A DNA stretch of 64,000 nucleotides from an uncultured bacterium (lineage in GTDB: Bacteria; Omnitrophota; Gorgyraeia; Duberdicusellales; 4484-171): positions 1,126-65,125 of the forward strand of contig CAJXAF010000001.1 of assembly GCA_913050175.1 (NCBI GenBank), read 5' to 3'. The translations under genes and the position numbers were made by a program. Positions within the stretch are counted from its first letter, which is position 1. Each line of letters begins with the position of its first letter. Under the pieces are notes generated by a model. That model did no database searches. It saw nothing but the letters and a program-made list of their open reading frames with translations, and was not told the origin of the DNA. This document shows, piece by piece, positions 1 to 10,693 of the stretch.

Positions 1-650
1 CAATAAAAGACTGGAAAAAAAAGAATCCTCTTTCTTATAAGCAAAAAACTACTGGTAAAATTAAACCCCAGTATGTTATTGATGAACTCTGGAAGCAAAC
101 CAAGGGCAAGGCCATAGTTACAACTGAAGTAGGCCAGCATCAGATGTGGGCTGCCCAATTTTATAAATTTAACTATCCTCGCCACTTCTTATCCAGTGGA
201 GGCTTGGGTACAATGGGTTATGGTCTGCCGGCAGCTATCGGGGCAAAGTTGGCAAATCCCAAAAAAGAGGTAATTGTTATTGCCGGTGATGGTTCAATTC
301 AAATGAATATCCAGGAATTTGCAACTTTAAACACTTATAACTTAAATGTTAAGGTAATAATTTTGAATAATCATTATTTGGGTATGGTTCGTCAGTGGCA
401 GGATCTTTTCTATGACCGACGCTATTCTGGCACTCCCATAAAGAATCCTGATTTTGTAAAAGTTGCTCAAGGTTATGGTTTAAAGGGAGTAAGAGTAAAA
501 AAGCCGGCTGATGTTAAGAAAGCAATAAAAGAAATTTTGAGTCATAAAGGTTCAGTAGTTGCTGAATTTTTAATTGAGCCCGAGGAGAATGTATTTCCTA
601 TGGTTCCAGCTGGAGAAGCCATCAATAGAATGATCGGCGGCATGGCCTAA
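1..650 (+). CDS. ilvB: Acetolactate synthase large subunit, C-terminal TPP-binding part (5' end lies upstream of window)
   Basis: Frame is open from window start (…[32 protein letters not shown]…[20 protein letters not shown]…[10 protein letters not shown]), classic ALS TPP-domain motifs; followed by ilvN and ilvC. Confidence 0.9.
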   Translation, partial: IKDWKKKNPLSYKQKTTGKIKPQYVIDELWKQTKGKAIVTTEVGQHQMWAAQFYKFNYPRHFLSSGGLGTMGYGLPAAIGAKLANPKKEVIVIAGDGSIQMNIQEFATLNTYNLNVKVIILNNHYLGMVRQWQDLFYDRRYSGTPIKNPDFVKVAQGYGLKGVRVKKPADVKKAIKEILSHKGSVVAEFLIEPEENVFPMVPAGEAINRMIGGMA

Positions 651-684
651 AAAATGTTGATTGTAAACAAGGAGTAATTGAAAA

Positions 685-1158
685 ATGCGCCACACAATAC
701 AAGCTTTAGTTGAGAATAGATTTGGTGTTCTGGCCAGAGTAGCCTCTTTATTTAGTGCCCGCGGCTACAATATTGAGTCTTTGGCTGTAGGCGAAACCGA
801 AGAAGCCGATGTTTCCTGCATGACGATTGTTGTTAATGCCGAAGATGAGGGCATACTTGAACAGATAAAAAAGCAGCTCAATAAACTTATTGATGTAATC
901 ACTGTAACTGATTTTACCAGACGTGAGTATATTGAACGGGATCTTATTTTAATTAAAGTAGCTAAGAAAGCCAAGGGAGAGGCGATAATTACTAAATTAG
1001 TTAAAAAATACCCGGTTAAAATAATTGAAACAAAAAAAGATTATTATCTTTTAGAGATTTGTTCAGACCGTCACCAGGAGACTGAAATTTTAAAAGAGCT
1101 TAATAACTTAAAAATAAAAGAATTGGTTCGCACAGGAAGAATTGCTATAAAGAAATAA
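685..1158 (+). CDS. ilvN: Acetolactate synthase small (regulatory) subunit, ACT domain
   Basis: N-terminus MRHTIQALVENRFGVLARVASLFSARGYNIESLAVG is the conserved IlvH/IlvN ACT motif; RBS aaggag upstream; operon position between ilvB and ilvC. Confidence 0.9.
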   Translation: MRHTIQALVENRFGVLARVASLFSARGYNIESLAVGETEEADVSCMTIVVNAEDEGILEQIKKQLNKLIDVITVTDFTRREYIERDLILIKVAKKAKGEAIITKLVKKYPVKIIETKKDYYLLEICSDRHQETEILKELNNLKIKELVRTGRIAIKK

Positions 1159-1178
1159 ACTATTAAAGGAGGTCTAAA

Positions 1179-2168
1179 ATGGCAAAGGTTTATTATGATA
1201 AAGATGTTAGCATTGATATTTTAAAGAAAAAAACAATTGCTGTTATCGGTTACGGTGCTCAGGGTAGAGCCCAATCTTTAAATTTACGAGATTCAAAGAT
1301 TAAGGTTGTAGTAGCTGAATTGCCGGGTACAGTTAATTATAAGCAGGCTAAAAAGGATGGCTTTAATCCTTTGACTGCTGCCGAGGCAACAAAGAAAGCA
1401 GATATTATTCATATCTTAACTCCTGATACTATTCAGGCAGGTGTTTATAATAAAGATATCAAACCAAACTTAAAGAAAGGTAAAGCTTTAGGCTTTTCCC
1501 ATGGATTCAATATTCATTTCCATCAGATTTTACCGTCGGCTGATATTGATGTTTACATGGTTGCCCCTAAGGGTCCGGGAACACTGGTTCGTGATATGTA
1601 TGAACAGAAAAAAGGAGTGCCTTGTCTTTTTGCTGTTTATCAAAATGCTACAAAAAATGCCAGAAAGATCGCTCTGGCTTATGCCCGGGCACTCGGCGGA
1701 ACCAAAGCCGGAGTTATTGAGACTACTTTTGCCGAGGAGACCGAAACTGATCTATTTGGAGAGCAGGTAGTTTTATGTGGCGGCTTATCAAAGTTGATTC
1801 AAAAAGGTTTTGAAACTTTAGTTGAAGCAGGCTACCAGCCGGAATTAGCTTACTTTGAATGCTTACACGAAGTAAAACTTATAACTGATCTTATCTACGC
1901 AAAAGGTATAAGCGGTATGCGTTATGTTGTCTCCAATACTGCAGAATATGGTGATCTATCCCGGGGAGGCAGGATAATTACTGATGAGACCAAGAAAGAG
2001 ATGAAGAAGATTTTAGGTGAAATCCAGAGTGGTGAATTTGCCCGGGAATGGATTTTAGAAAATAAAGTTGGCGCTCCATTTTTTAAAGCCAGAAGAAAAC
2101 AGGAAGAAGACCATATTATTGAAAAAGTCGGCAAGGCTTTAAGAAAGATGATGCCCTGGATTAAATAG
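1179..2168 (+). CDS. ilvC: Ketol-acid reductoisomerase
   Basis: MAKVYYDKD…[20 protein letters not shown] Rossmann motif and length 329 aa typical of class I KARI; RBS aaaggagg. Confidence 0.95.
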   Translation: MAKVYYDKDVSIDILKKKTIAVIGYGAQGRAQSLNLRDSKIKVVVAELPGTVNYKQAKKDGFNPLTAAEATKKADIIHILTPDTIQAGVYNKDIKPNLKKGKALGFSHGFNIHFHQILPSADIDVYMVAPKGPGTLVRDMYEQKKGVPCLFAVYQNATKNARKIALAYARALGGTKAGVIETTFAEETETDLFGEQVVLCGGLSKLIQKGFETLVEAGYQPELAYFECLHEVKLITDLIYAKGISGMRYVVSNTAEYGDLSRGGRIITDETKKEMKKILGEIQSGEFAREWILENKVGAPFFKARRKQEEDHIIEKVGKALRKMMPWIK

Positions 2169-2194
2169 CTAAATTTTTAACTTAGAGGAGGATC

Positions 2195-4048
2195 ATGAAA
2201 AAACCAGTACTGATAGGTTTAATTGCTGTAGTTCTAGTATCAGGAGCTATTTTTGCTTATCACCATGTTTTTAAATCTAAAAAAGTTTCTCAGATTGAAG
2301 CTATTGTCCCTGAGGATGCTATTTACTACATGTATTCTTATCAGCCGGGTAAGAAACTGGATGAATTTTTTAAAAATCAATTTTGTAAGAAAATATCAGA
2401 CTTATCTTTCTATAAACAGAATCTTGCCGAAGAACTCGCCAAACGCCAACAAGTTTTTGATAACTTAATTGAATTTTTTAATAACGATTCAGCTATAGCT
2501 GTTTTTTCTCCCGGAATTGTCCTGCCCAAGCTTGATGCAGGATATCAGCCGGGCTTTACAGCCGGTAAAATATTATTTTTTAGTAGAATGGATGCTAAGC
2601 AAAATATAAAAAAGAAAATGGGCGAACTCTACCTTAGCTTTGCCAGCGAAGAAGAAGTCTTAGACTCAAATTATAATGGTATTAAGATAACCAGTTATAA
2701 ACTGCCAATGAAAGTTTTGGATTTGGACATGACCTTAAGCTATGCTGTTTGCGGGGATATACTTGTCTTTGGCAATGATCTCGACTCCTTAAAAAAAGTA
2801 ATCGATCTCCACAATGGTGAGAATTCAAAATCTTTATTGAATAATCCAATCTATAAAGAAGTCTCCAAAAAATACTTAAAACTAAAAGAAAATTCCTTTT
2901 TCTGGACTTTTGTTAACCACAAGGAGTATTTTAAGGAATTTCTTTCCCTGGTCTTAGCTACTCCTAGCCAAGAGTCTTCAAAGATGAATGAGTTTTTTGA
3001 AAGCTTTATGCAAATATCTAAGGGTATGATTTCTTATATTGATTTTGATGAGGAGCGTCAGGGTTTGATTTGTATGACTTATCAGATTTTTGATAAGAAT
3101 AAAGATAAAGAGAACTTCTTAGATATTTTTGCCCCGGGAAAAACAGATGGCAGCCAGATTTTTAAGATGGTGCCTCCCGGTATTCTTGCTTATATAAGTT
3201 TATCCGGTGATGTAAATGGTTATTGGAACTATTTAAAGCGCTTTATGCAGCTTTCTCAAGAAGTGTCGCAGAATAATAATTCTGCTGCTTTAGGTGCTGG
3301 GCCACAAGTTGGTTTTGCTGAGATTTTAACAATGGCTAATACTTATGCTGGCTTAGACATTGAAAGTGATCTCCTACCGCTTTTGGGTAACAACTTCGCT
3401 GCTTTTATATCCCAAATAAGAGAATTGTCATTTGCCGGATCAGGCAAACAGCTTAACCCTTTACAGCTTTTCCCTACTCCTGTACCTAGTTTAGGAGTTA
3501 TGCTTGAAGCTAAGGATAGGCAAGCGGCCGAAAAATTAGAAGACATAATCAATAGTAAAATTTTAGATAAACTAAATGCAGATAGCGAGACTAAGAGTTT
3601 TGAGTTTGAAAATTATCAAGGTGTTAATATGAAGCTATTGCCTTTAAAGGATACACCGCTTAATTTGGTAGTATTTTCTCTAGATAAGTATTTAGCTCTT
3701 AGTATTGACCTTGAATTTGCTAAAGAGATTATTGATTTGAATAAAAACGGCGGTGAGTCTTTAGCCGATGATCAAACTTATTATTTCGATAAAGAAAAAA
3801 TACTTTCTCAAGGATCTTTTTCGCTTTTTATTGATTTTCAAACTTTAATTAATAGATTGGCAGAGTCGAAATTAATTGGTTTTGCCAAACCAAGTATTTC
3901 TCTATTTACTCAGGGTCAATTCACACCACAAGATATAGACGACATCATTGATGTTTTAAATGATATTACTTTAATAGCTCAGGGTAGTAAATTTTCTAAC
4001 GAAGCCACTTGTGAGAATATATTATATATTGGCATCGAAGGGCTCTAA
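2195..4048 (+). CDS. Uncharacterized 617-aa N-terminally membrane-anchored protein embedded in the ilv-leu operon (possibly DUF3352-like, unverified)
   Basis: Single N-terminal TM helix (PVLIGLIAVVLVSGAIFAY), no recognisable catalytic motifs; 26-nt gap after ilvC and 8-nt gap before leuA imply co-transcription. Confidence 0.6.
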   Translation: MKKPVLIGLIAVVLVSGAIFAYHHVFKSKKVSQIEAIVPEDAIYYMYSYQPGKKLDEFFKNQFCKKISDLSFYKQNLAEELAKRQQVFDNLIEFFNNDSAIAVFSPGIVLPKLDAGYQPGFTAGKILFFSRMDAKQNIKKKMGELYLSFASEEEVLDSNYNGIKITSYKLPMKVLDLDMTLSYAVCGDILVFGNDLDSLKKVIDLHNGENSKSLLNNPIYKEVSKKYLKLKENSFFWTFVNHKEYFKEFLSLVLATPSQESSKMNEFFESFMQISKGMISYIDFDEERQGLICMTYQIFDKNKDKENFLDIFAPGKTDGSQIFKMVPPGILAYISLSGDVNGYWNYLKRFMQLSQEVSQNNNSAALGAGPQVGFAEILTMANTYAGLDIESDLLPLLGNNFAAFISQIRELSFAGSGKQLNPLQLFPTPVPSLGVMLEAKDRQAAEKLEDIINSKILDKLNADSETKSFEFENYQGVNMKLLPLKDTPLNLVVFSLDKYLALSIDLEFAKEIIDLNKNGGESLADDQTYYFDKEKILSQGSFSLFIDFQTLINRLAESKLIGFAKPSISLFTQGQFTPQDIDDIIDVLNDITLIAQGSKFSNEATCENILYIGIEGL

Positions 4049-4056
4049 GCTGACTT

Positions 4057-5556
4057 ATGGAAAGAATTAAAATTTTTGATACAACTTTACGTGATGGAGA
4101 ACAAGCTCCCGGCGCCGCCCTGTCATCCCAGCAGAAGCTAGAGGTTGCTTTTCAGTTGGAAAACTTAGGTGTTGATATAATTGAAGCCGGATTCCCTATT
4201 GCCAGTCCTGATGACTTTAAAGCAGTAGATTTAGTTGCTCGCACTATAAAAAAAAGTATAGTCTGTGGGTTGGCCAGGTGTTTAAAAAAAGACATTGAAG
4301 CTGCGCATAATTCTACAAAAAAGGCAAAAAAGCCGCGGATACACATTTTTCTGGCAACTTCAAAGATACACCTAAAATATAAATTTAAAAAAGCTGAAAG
4401 CGAAATCCTTCAACTGGCAAAAAAAGCAACAATTATGGCCAGAAAATACTGTGATGATATAGAATTCTCACCCGAGGATGCTACTCGCAGTGAACGGGGC
4501 TTTCTCTATAAAGTTATTGAAACAGCCATAAGCCAAGGTGCTAAAACCATAAATATTCCTGATACTGTCGGCTACAGTTATCCTCAGGAAATTTATACAC
4601 TTATCAGTGATATAAGAAATAATGTGCCCAATATCAATAAAGCTATTATTGCTATCCACTGCCATGATGATTTAGGTTTGGCAACTGCTAATTCGCTTTC
4701 TGCGGTTTTAGCCGGAGCCCGGCAGATTCACTGTACAATCAATGGAATTGGAGAGCGAGCCGGGAATGCATCTTTAGAGGAGATTGTAATGGCTTTAAAG
4801 GTGAGAAAGGATGCTTTTGGTGATTTTTCTACTAAAATAAAAACCAAAGAAATTTACCGGGCCTCACATTTGGTCAGCACTTTAACCGGTTTTGTAGTTG
4901 CACCCAATAAAGCTATTGTTGGCAGGAATGCTTTCTCTCATGAGGCAGGTATTCATCAGGATGCAATACTTAAAAAGAGAATTACCTATGAGATCATGAA
5001 TCCTAAAGATATTGGCATAGGCAAGAGCCAATTGGTTCTTGGTAAACATTCCGGCCGTCATGCTTTGGGAAAGAGGCTGAAGGATTTAGGGTTTACTTTA
5101 GATGCCAAGGCAGTAAATGAAATTTTTAATAGATTTAAAGAGTTAGCCGATAAGAAAAAAGATATCTTCGATGATGATTTAATTGCTCTGGTTCAGGAGC
5201 AAACCAAACCTAAAAAAAAGACATATGAATTAGTCTCTCTTCGGGCTGTAACCGGATCAGATATTGATCCTGAGGCCACGGTCAAAATAAGACATAAACG
5301 AAAAATATTTGAGGCTTCATCTAGTGGAGATGGCCCGGTAGATGCTTGTTATAAAGCTATAGATAAAATTACCCACCTGAAACCAAAACTGCTAAATTAT
5401 AAGCTTGATGCCGTTACCAAAGGTAAAGATGCCCAAGGTATGGTGCGGATTGAGGTTGAATTAAAAGGCAAAACTATAGTTGGCAGAGGTACTAGTACTG
5501 ATATCTTTCAAGCTTCAACTAAAGCTTATTTAGATGCACTGAATAAAGCTGTATAG
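4057..5556 (+). CDS. leuA: 2-isopropylmalate synthase
   Basis: MERIKIFDTTLRDGEQAPGAALS… HCHDDLGLATANSL… conserved LeuA N-terminus and metal-binding HxH motif; C-terminal regulatory domain present (499 aa). Confidence 0.95.
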   Translation: MERIKIFDTTLRDGEQAPGAALSSQQKLEVAFQLENLGVDIIEAGFPIASPDDFKAVDLVARTIKKSIVCGLARCLKKDIEAAHNSTKKAKKPRIHIFLATSKIHLKYKFKKAESEILQLAKKATIMARKYCDDIEFSPEDATRSERGFLYKVIETAISQGAKTINIPDTVGYSYPQEIYTLISDIRNNVPNINKAIIAIHCHDDLGLATANSLSAVLAGARQIHCTINGIGERAGNASLEEIVMALKVRKDAFGDFSTKIKTKEIYRASHLVSTLTGFVVAPNKAIVGRNAFSHEAGIHQDAILKKRITYEIMNPKDIGIGKSQLVLGKHSGRHALGKRLKDLGFTLDAKAVNEIFNRFKELADKKKDIFDDDLIALVQEQTKPKKKTYELVSLRAVTGSDIDPEATVKIRHKRKIFEASSSGDGPVDACYKAIDKITHLKPKLLNYKLDAVTKGKDAQGMVRIEVELKGKTIVGRGTSTDIFQASTKAYLDALNKAV

Positions 5557-5670
5557 GGCCTTATTATAATTTATAATTTATAAGTTATATACTTACTTTT
5601 TGTATAAAATTGTGCTATATTTATAATTGAACAAACAAAGAAAATAAAGTCTTAAGAAAAGGGGCAAAAT

Positions 5671-6126
5671 ATGAAATATCTTGTTAATGTAGTTGCTTTA
5701 GTATTAGTTGTCTTAATAGTCATCGGTATCATAAAGTTTAAGGATAGTGATTCTTACTATGCTTGGCAGAAGAAGACCGAAAGAGCGACAAAAGGGGTAA
5801 GCGATTTTATGGCTGTTCGCAAAAATAATATGGAAATGGAGATGTCGCCGGAGCGTCAGAGACCTCTTACTTTTATTGAGAAAGAGGAAAAATTAAAAAT
5901 GTTTGTTCCCACTGTCTTTGACAGTTTCACTGATAAATCATGGAAAGATTTCTGGAATTTTATCTATGATCCAGTTCAAGATGATGAGGGAGCTTTAGCC
6001 GCTAAAAGATATAGAGAAAAAAGTGAAGTCGAGTCGTATTTAAGGTATAGATATCCCAAACCTTTTTCTAATTTCAGAGAAGACCACTGGCATTATTTCT
6101 GGGAGATTACCCTAGGTGATGCCTGA
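5671..6126 (+). CDS. Hypothetical protein with N-terminal TM anchor
   Basis: ORF with RBS (aaaagggg) and N-terminal hydrophobic helix; overlaps aroE start by 11 nt; no recognised motifs. Confidence 0.45.
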   Translation: MKYLVNVVALVLVVLIVIGIIKFKDSDSYYAWQKKTERATKGVSDFMAVRKNNMEMEMSPERQRPLTFIEKEEKLKMFVPTVFDSFTDKSWKDFWNFIYDPVQDDEGALAAKRYREKSEVESYLRYRYPKPFSNFREDHWHYFWEITLGDA

Positions 6127-7057
6127 GAGTTCAAATCCTCGTTTATTCGGTTTAATCGGACATCCAGTCAAACATTCTTTATCTTCTTATATGCATAATG
6201 CAGCTTTTAAAAAGATAGGCCTAAATGCTCACTATTGTTTATTTGACATTGAGGACAGCGAATTGGAAGATTTTTTATTAAAACCGGATAAAATTTTTAA
6301 AGATACTGAAGGAAATAAAATTGCTGCCGGAAAAATTGGTGGCTTTAATGTTACTATTCCTCACAAAGTAAGAGCAAAAGAAATCTTAGAAAATAATTTT
6401 TCAAGCCAAACTGATCTTGCCAACAACTATAGCAATTTAGTCGGAGCCACTAATACTGTTAAACGAACTGCCAGCGGCTTTAGCTGGTATAATACTGATG
6501 CTCCCGGTTTTATCCAGTCTTTAGAGGAAGATTTAGATTTTAAGGCTGAAAGTGAGTTTTCTGTTTTAATAATCGGTTGCGGCGGTGCCGGCAGAGCTGT
6601 AATTTCAGGTTTGTCTTCAGCTTATGAAAATACAAATAAAACAATCTATATTTATGAAATAAATGCTTCAGCGAAAGACCAAGCAAACAAATTTTATGAT
6701 AAGTTTCCCCAAGTAAAAAAAGACTTAAAGTTTATTAATAAGAGTGATTTTTCTGATACAATAAAAAAGTGTAAACTTTTAGTGAATGCGTCTCCTCTGG
6801 GTATGCATGCTGGTGATGGTTCAATTGTCTCTAAAGAGCAACTTTCTAAAGATATTTCTGTTTATGATCTAGTTTATAATCGTCAAACTCAACTCATAAG
6901 TGATGCTAAGGCTTGCGGATGCCGGGCTTCTGGTGGGTTGAACATGCTTCTTTTCCAGGGAGTAAAAGCTTTAAGTCACTGGTTAGGTCAAGATATAGAC
7001 TCAGAAGTGGTAGCGACGATGCGTGAAGTTTTAATTAAAAAAACTAAGGAGTTGTAA
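6116..7057 (+). CDS. aroE: Shikimate dehydrogenase (long form with internal insertion)
   Basis: [31 protein letters not shown]… and [13 protein letters not shown]-binding motif; stop overlaps pilD start (TAATG). Confidence 0.85.
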   Translation: MMPESSNPRLFGLIGHPVKHSLSSYMHNAAFKKIGLNAHYCLFDIEDSELEDFLLKPDKIFKDTEGNKIAAGKIGGFNVTIPHKVRAKEILENNFSSQTDLANNYSNLVGATNTVKRTASGFSWYNTDAPGFIQSLEEDLDFKAESEFSVLIIGCGGAGRAVISGLSSAYENTNKTIYIYEINASAKDQANKFYDKFPQVKKDLKFINKSDFSDTIKKCKLLVNASPLGMHAGDGSIVSKEQLSKDISVYDLVYNRQTQLISDAKACGCRASGGLNMLLFQGVKALSHWLGQDIDSEVVATMREVLIKKTKEL

Positions 7058-7935
7058 TGATTGATACACTTAGCCTTTCAATGAAGATATTTGCTTTTTT
7101 GTTTGGGTCCTGTATCGGTAGTTTTCTAAATGTCTGTATACATAGGCTTCCCCAGGAGAAGTCTATAATCAAACCACGTTCACACTGTCCTAAGTGTAAT
7201 ACTACAATTAAGTGGTACGACAATATACCGCTGCTCAGTTATTTGCTTTTAGGCGGTAAGTGCAGGAAGTGTTCTGTAAAAATACCGATTCGTTATCCCT
7301 TAGTTGAACTTATTACTAGTATTTTAATCGGTGTACTTTATTTGTTTTTTGGCTGGTCACTATTATGGATTGAATTTTCAGTATTTTTTTCTTTACTCAT
7401 TCTCGTCTCTTTTATTGATATTGATTACCACGCTATACCGGTTTATTTATGTGTAGTTGGTATTGCCATAGGACTTGTTTTTGCCTTCTTTAAAAGTGGA
7501 AGTATTGTTAATATTGTTGTAGATTTTTTAAGAATTTTTAACTTTTCTCAAGCTCAAAATATTACCCGGGCACCTACACCATTTTTTAACTCAACCATAG
7601 GATTGCTCTTTGGTTTAGGTTTCACTTATCTTTTTAAATTATTTGGCGATGTCTTTTTAAGCGTTTATCTAAGCATTAGAAAAAAAGATTCTATTGAAGG
7701 TGAGAAAGAAGCAATGGGTTTAGGTGATGTCGATTTTATGGGCATGGTTGGCGTATTCCTTGGATGGAAGGCGGTGATCCCGGTATTTTTTATTGCGCCT
7801 TTATTTGGAGTAGTCTATTCAGTCTTTGCTCTTATCTTTAAGAAGTCTCATTTAATGCCTTATCTTCCCTATTTATCCTTGTCTACTCTGACAATATTCT
7901 TTTGGGGTGATAAGATTTTGAATTTTTTATTTTAA
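7057..7935 (+). CDS. pilD: Type IV prepilin leader peptidase (A24 family, PilD/GspO-like)
   Basis: N-terminal Cys-rich zinc-binding segment [14 protein letters not shown]…[31 protein letters not shown] and polytopic membrane domain with conserved Asp residues; start overlaps aroE stop. Confidence 0.85.
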   Translation: MIDTLSLSMKIFAFLFGSCIGSFLNVCIHRLPQEKSIIKPRSHCPKCNTTIKWYDNIPLLSYLLLGGKCRKCSVKIPIRYPLVELITSILIGVLYLFFGWSLLWIEFSVFFSLLILVSFIDIDYHAIPVYLCVVGIAIGLVFAFFKSGSIVNIVVDFLRIFNFSQAQNITRAPTPFFNSTIGLLFGLGFTYLFKLFGDVFLSVYLSIRKKDSIEGEKEAMGLGDVDFMGMVGVFLGWKAVIPVFFIAPLFGVVYSVFALIFKKSHLMPYLPYLSLSTLTIFFWGDKILNFLF

Positions 7936-7949
7936 AAAGGAGATAAAAT

Positions 7950-9086
7950 ATGAGGGTTTTAACTGCCGGAGAATCTCATGGATTAGGAAATATTGCTATT
8001 GTTGAAGGTTTTCCTCAAGGCGTAAAAATTGATGAAAAGATTATAAACCAGGAATTAACCAAACGCATGTCTGGTGTGGGCAGAGGCAAGAGGATGTCGA
8101 TTGAGCAGGATGGAGTAAAAATTATCTCTGGTCTTCGCAATAAAAAGACCTTGGGTAGCCCGATTGCTATGGTTATTAAGAATAAAGACTCATATATACT
8201 CTCACAAGCTAAGGATTCCTACGACCCGATTACCATTCCTCGACCGGCTCATGCAGATTTATCAGGAGCTTTTAAGTATCAAGAGAAAGATATGCGAAAT
8301 ATTCTTGAGAGAGCCTCAGCTAGGTCAACGGTTTCCCAAGTCTGTATCGGCTCAATCTGTAAGCAGCTCCTAGCAAATTTTAAAATATCTATAGCTAGCT
8401 TTACTGTTAGCGTGGGTAATATTTCCTCAACTCTTAAACCAAAGAGTGCCCGTGAGATAATTTCAAAGACTAAAAAATCCCAACTTAACTGCATTGATAA
8501 AGCTGCTGAGAAGAGGATGACTTCTAAGATTAAAAAATGTGCCGCCGAAGGCGATACTCTTGGCGGGGTAGTTGAGATTTGGATAGATGGCCTACCACCC
8601 GGTATTGGTAGTTGTATGCACTTTGATAAACGTCTCGATGCTAAGTTAACTTATTACTTAATGAGTATTCAAGCAGTAAAGGGCATTGAAGTCGGCTTAG
8701 GTTTTGAATATTCCCAAAGACCGGGTTCTTTAGCTCATGATTCAATTTATCACTCAGGCAAGGAAGGTTTCTTTAGAAAAAGTAATAATTCCGGTGGCAT
8801 TGAAGGTGGCATGAGCACCGGCAACCCAATAGTCCTTCGTTTGGCTAAAAAACCAATAGCTACACTCTTAAACCCTTTAGATTCAGTAGATTTAATTAGC
8901 AAACGTAAGTCAAAAGCACCAAAAATTAGGTCAGATACTTGTGCTATTGTTGCCTTAAGCGTTATTGCTGAAAATATGGCAGCTTTAGCTATAAGCGAAA
9001 GTTTTCTCGATAAATTTGGTTCTGATTCTTTACCGGAAATCACAAGAAACTACAATAACTACTTAAATAATTGTAAGAAACTATAA
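7950..9086 (+). CDS. aroC: Chorismate synthase
   Basis: MRVLTAGESHGLGNIAIVEGFPQGV… and GGMSTGNPIV; RBS aaaggag. Confidence 0.92.
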   Translation: MRVLTAGESHGLGNIAIVEGFPQGVKIDEKIINQELTKRMSGVGRGKRMSIEQDGVKIISGLRNKKTLGSPIAMVIKNKDSYILSQAKDSYDPITIPRPAHADLSGAFKYQEKDMRNILERASARSTVSQVCIGSICKQLLANFKISIASFTVSVGNISSTLKPKSAREIISKTKKSQLNCIDKAAEKRMTSKIKKCAAEGDTLGGVVEIWIDGLPPGIGSCMHFDKRLDAKLTYYLMSIQAVKGIEVGLGFEYSQRPGSLAHDSIYHSGKEGFFRKSNNSGGIEGGMSTGNPIVLRLAKKPIATLLNPLDSVDLISKRKSKAPKIRSDTCAIVALSVIAENMAALAISESFLDKFGSDSLPEITRNYNNYLNNCKKL

Positions 9087-9137
9087 ACTTGGTAATTTTT
9101 ACTACAAGGTTAAACTTATCAGCTAAAGGAGGATGAG

Positions 9138-9296
9138 ATGTTTGATTTTAATAAATTAGGAGATCTATCAAAGATGGCTTCTCAGGCTAAGGAAATACAA
9201 CAGAGCCAGGAGAAAGTTCAAAAAGAGCAAATAGATATTTTGCATAAGATTTCAAACCAGATGGATGAAGTAATAAACTTATTGAAAAGTAAATAA
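9138..9296 (+). CDS. Small 52-aa coiled-coil protein with YbaB/EbfC-like N-terminus (not in ORF track, below length cut-off)
   Basis: ATG 7 nt after strong SD aaaggagg; MFDFNKLGDLSKMASQAKEIQQSQEKVQ resembles the N-terminal helix of YbaB nucleoid-associated proteins but ORF is half the usual length. Confidence 0.4.
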   Translation: MFDFNKLGDLSKMASQAKEIQQSQEKVQKEQIDILHKISNQMDEVINLLKSK

Positions 9297-9299
9297 TAT

Positions 9300-10211
9300 A
9301 TGCCGATAAAATTAATTAAGAAATTATTTTTAAAAACACTACCTTTATTCTTGTCTTTGGTAATTGTTTTTAATCCCCTGGCCCAACCAGAACAAAAGAG
9401 CAGTAAAACTTTTCTTTGGGAAACTAAGAGTAACCAGAGTAAAATTTATATCCTCGGTTCAATTCACTTGGCCAAAGATAGTTTATACCCCTTAGATGAA
9501 AGAATTGAGAAAGCCTACCTTGAGTCTGATTACTTAGTTGTCGAAATAAATATAAACGATTTAGACCCAACAGAGATCCAAGAAAGGTTCTTAAAAGTCG
9601 GCATGTATTTAGACGGGGATACATTTAAAAATCATATTTCTTCTGAAACTTACGATCTTGCCGCCAAAAAGCTAGCCGATCTTGGTATAGACGTAGCTTA
9701 TATGGGGTTTTATAAACCTTGGTTTTTAGCTATTAGTTTAGTAACTCTTGAGTTGGTTAAATTAGGCTTTGATCCACAAAAAGGCATTGATCAGTATTTT
9801 TTAAATAAAGCTAAAGGCCAAAAACCAATCTTAGAACTTGAAAGCCTTAAATACCAATTAGATCTCTTTGGTTCATTTACTGACCAGGAGCAGGATTTGT
9901 TTCTTCTCTCTACTCTATCCGATTTAGATATTCTTCAAAGTGAAGTTGACAATATGTTTGCGACTTGGCAGAGGGGTGATGCCCAAGCTTTATCTGAACT
10001 CATGTATAAGAGTTTCGAAAAATATCCTCAAACTAAGTCTATATACTATAAGCTCTTTACCAAGAGAAACAAAGAAATGGTTTCTAAGATTGAGAAGTAC
10101 CTAGGGAGTGATAAGACTTACTTTGTGGTTGTCGGTGCCGGGCACCTAGTTGGTGATAAAGGGATCATAGCTTTATTGAGGGAGAAGGGCTACCAACTCA
10201 ATCAATTATAA
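9300..10211 (+). CDS. TraB/GumN family protein (secreted/periplasmic)
   Basis: Signal-like N-terminus, ILGSIHLAKDSLYPLD… and C-terminal VVVGAGHLVGDKGIIALLREKGY are characteristic of TraB/GumN (pfam01963-type) proteins. Confidence 0.75.
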   Translation: MPIKLIKKLFLKTLPLFLSLVIVFNPLAQPEQKSSKTFLWETKSNQSKIYILGSIHLAKDSLYPLDERIEKAYLESDYLVVEININDLDPTEIQERFLKVGMYLDGDTFKNHISSETYDLAAKKLADLGIDVAYMGFYKPWFLAISLVTLELVKLGFDPQKGIDQYFLNKAKGQKPILELESLKYQLDLFGSFTDQEQDLFLLSTLSDLDILQSEVDNMFATWQRGDAQALSELMYKSFEKYPQTKSIYYKLFTKRNKEMVSKIEKYLGSDKTYFVVVGAGHLVGDKGIIALLREKGYQLNQL

Positions 10212-10229
10212 TAAAAATAGGGGGAATGA

Positions 10230-10691
10230 ATGAGAAGAATTACTCTGATATGTTTATTTATGATTTTTAGTCTTACTATTGTGGGTAGTTTTGCTGAAAA
10301 CAGAATAAGTTCAGCCGAAGATGTAAGTAGTAAAAGGACTCTCATGATTGGAGATCCTATATACCAAACTACATTAAAAATCAATGACTCTTCTTATGAG
10401 TTTTATCACATCAAATTAAGGTATATTGGTATTGATAAAAATGTTGTGGAAGTAAGATATGAGTTCAAAGAGGATACCTCTGAAGCTGGGCCTAAACCAA
10501 AAGAAGAAGCCATGACTTTAATATTCCCCTTAGATGAGAAAGAAGAAACATATATAAGAATCCATCAACTCCCCAAACTCCCCCAAAAATTGACAGTACC
10601 GGCTACAACATTAGTACTTAAAGTAGATGATAGACACAATCATCTAGTTACGGTAGAAGAATTCAGAGATGAAAGTAAGTATCTAGATTAA
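10230..10691 (+). CDS. Hypothetical secreted protein
   Basis: N-terminal signal peptide (ITLICLFMIFSLTIVGSFA), RBS agggggaatg; no motifs. Confidence 0.5.
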   Translation: MRRITLICLFMIFSLTIVGSFAENRISSAEDVSSKRTLMIGDPIYQTTLKINDSSYEFYHIKLRYIGIDKNVVEVRYEFKEDTSEAGPKPKEEAMTLIFPLDEKEETYIRIHQLPKLPQKLTVPATTLVLKVDDRHNHLVTVEEFRDESKYLD

Positions 10692-10693
10692 TT

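Noticed and set aside
765-974. Many short minus-strand ORFs inside + strand genes (e.g., 765-974, 1922-2134, 3343-3552, 8279-8494, 27216-27725, 31693-32427, 52272-52736, 53058-53585)
   Set aside because: All are antisense to strongly supported conserved genes, lack RBS and have low-complexity composition; treated as frame noise.
5557-5670. AT-rich tandem-looking tataatttataatttataagttata stretch that could be mistaken for a repeat array or CRISPR
   Set aside because: There is a single short low-complexity run with no spacer-repeat periodicity; more likely promoter/UP-element DNA. No CRISPR-like arrays anywhere in the window.
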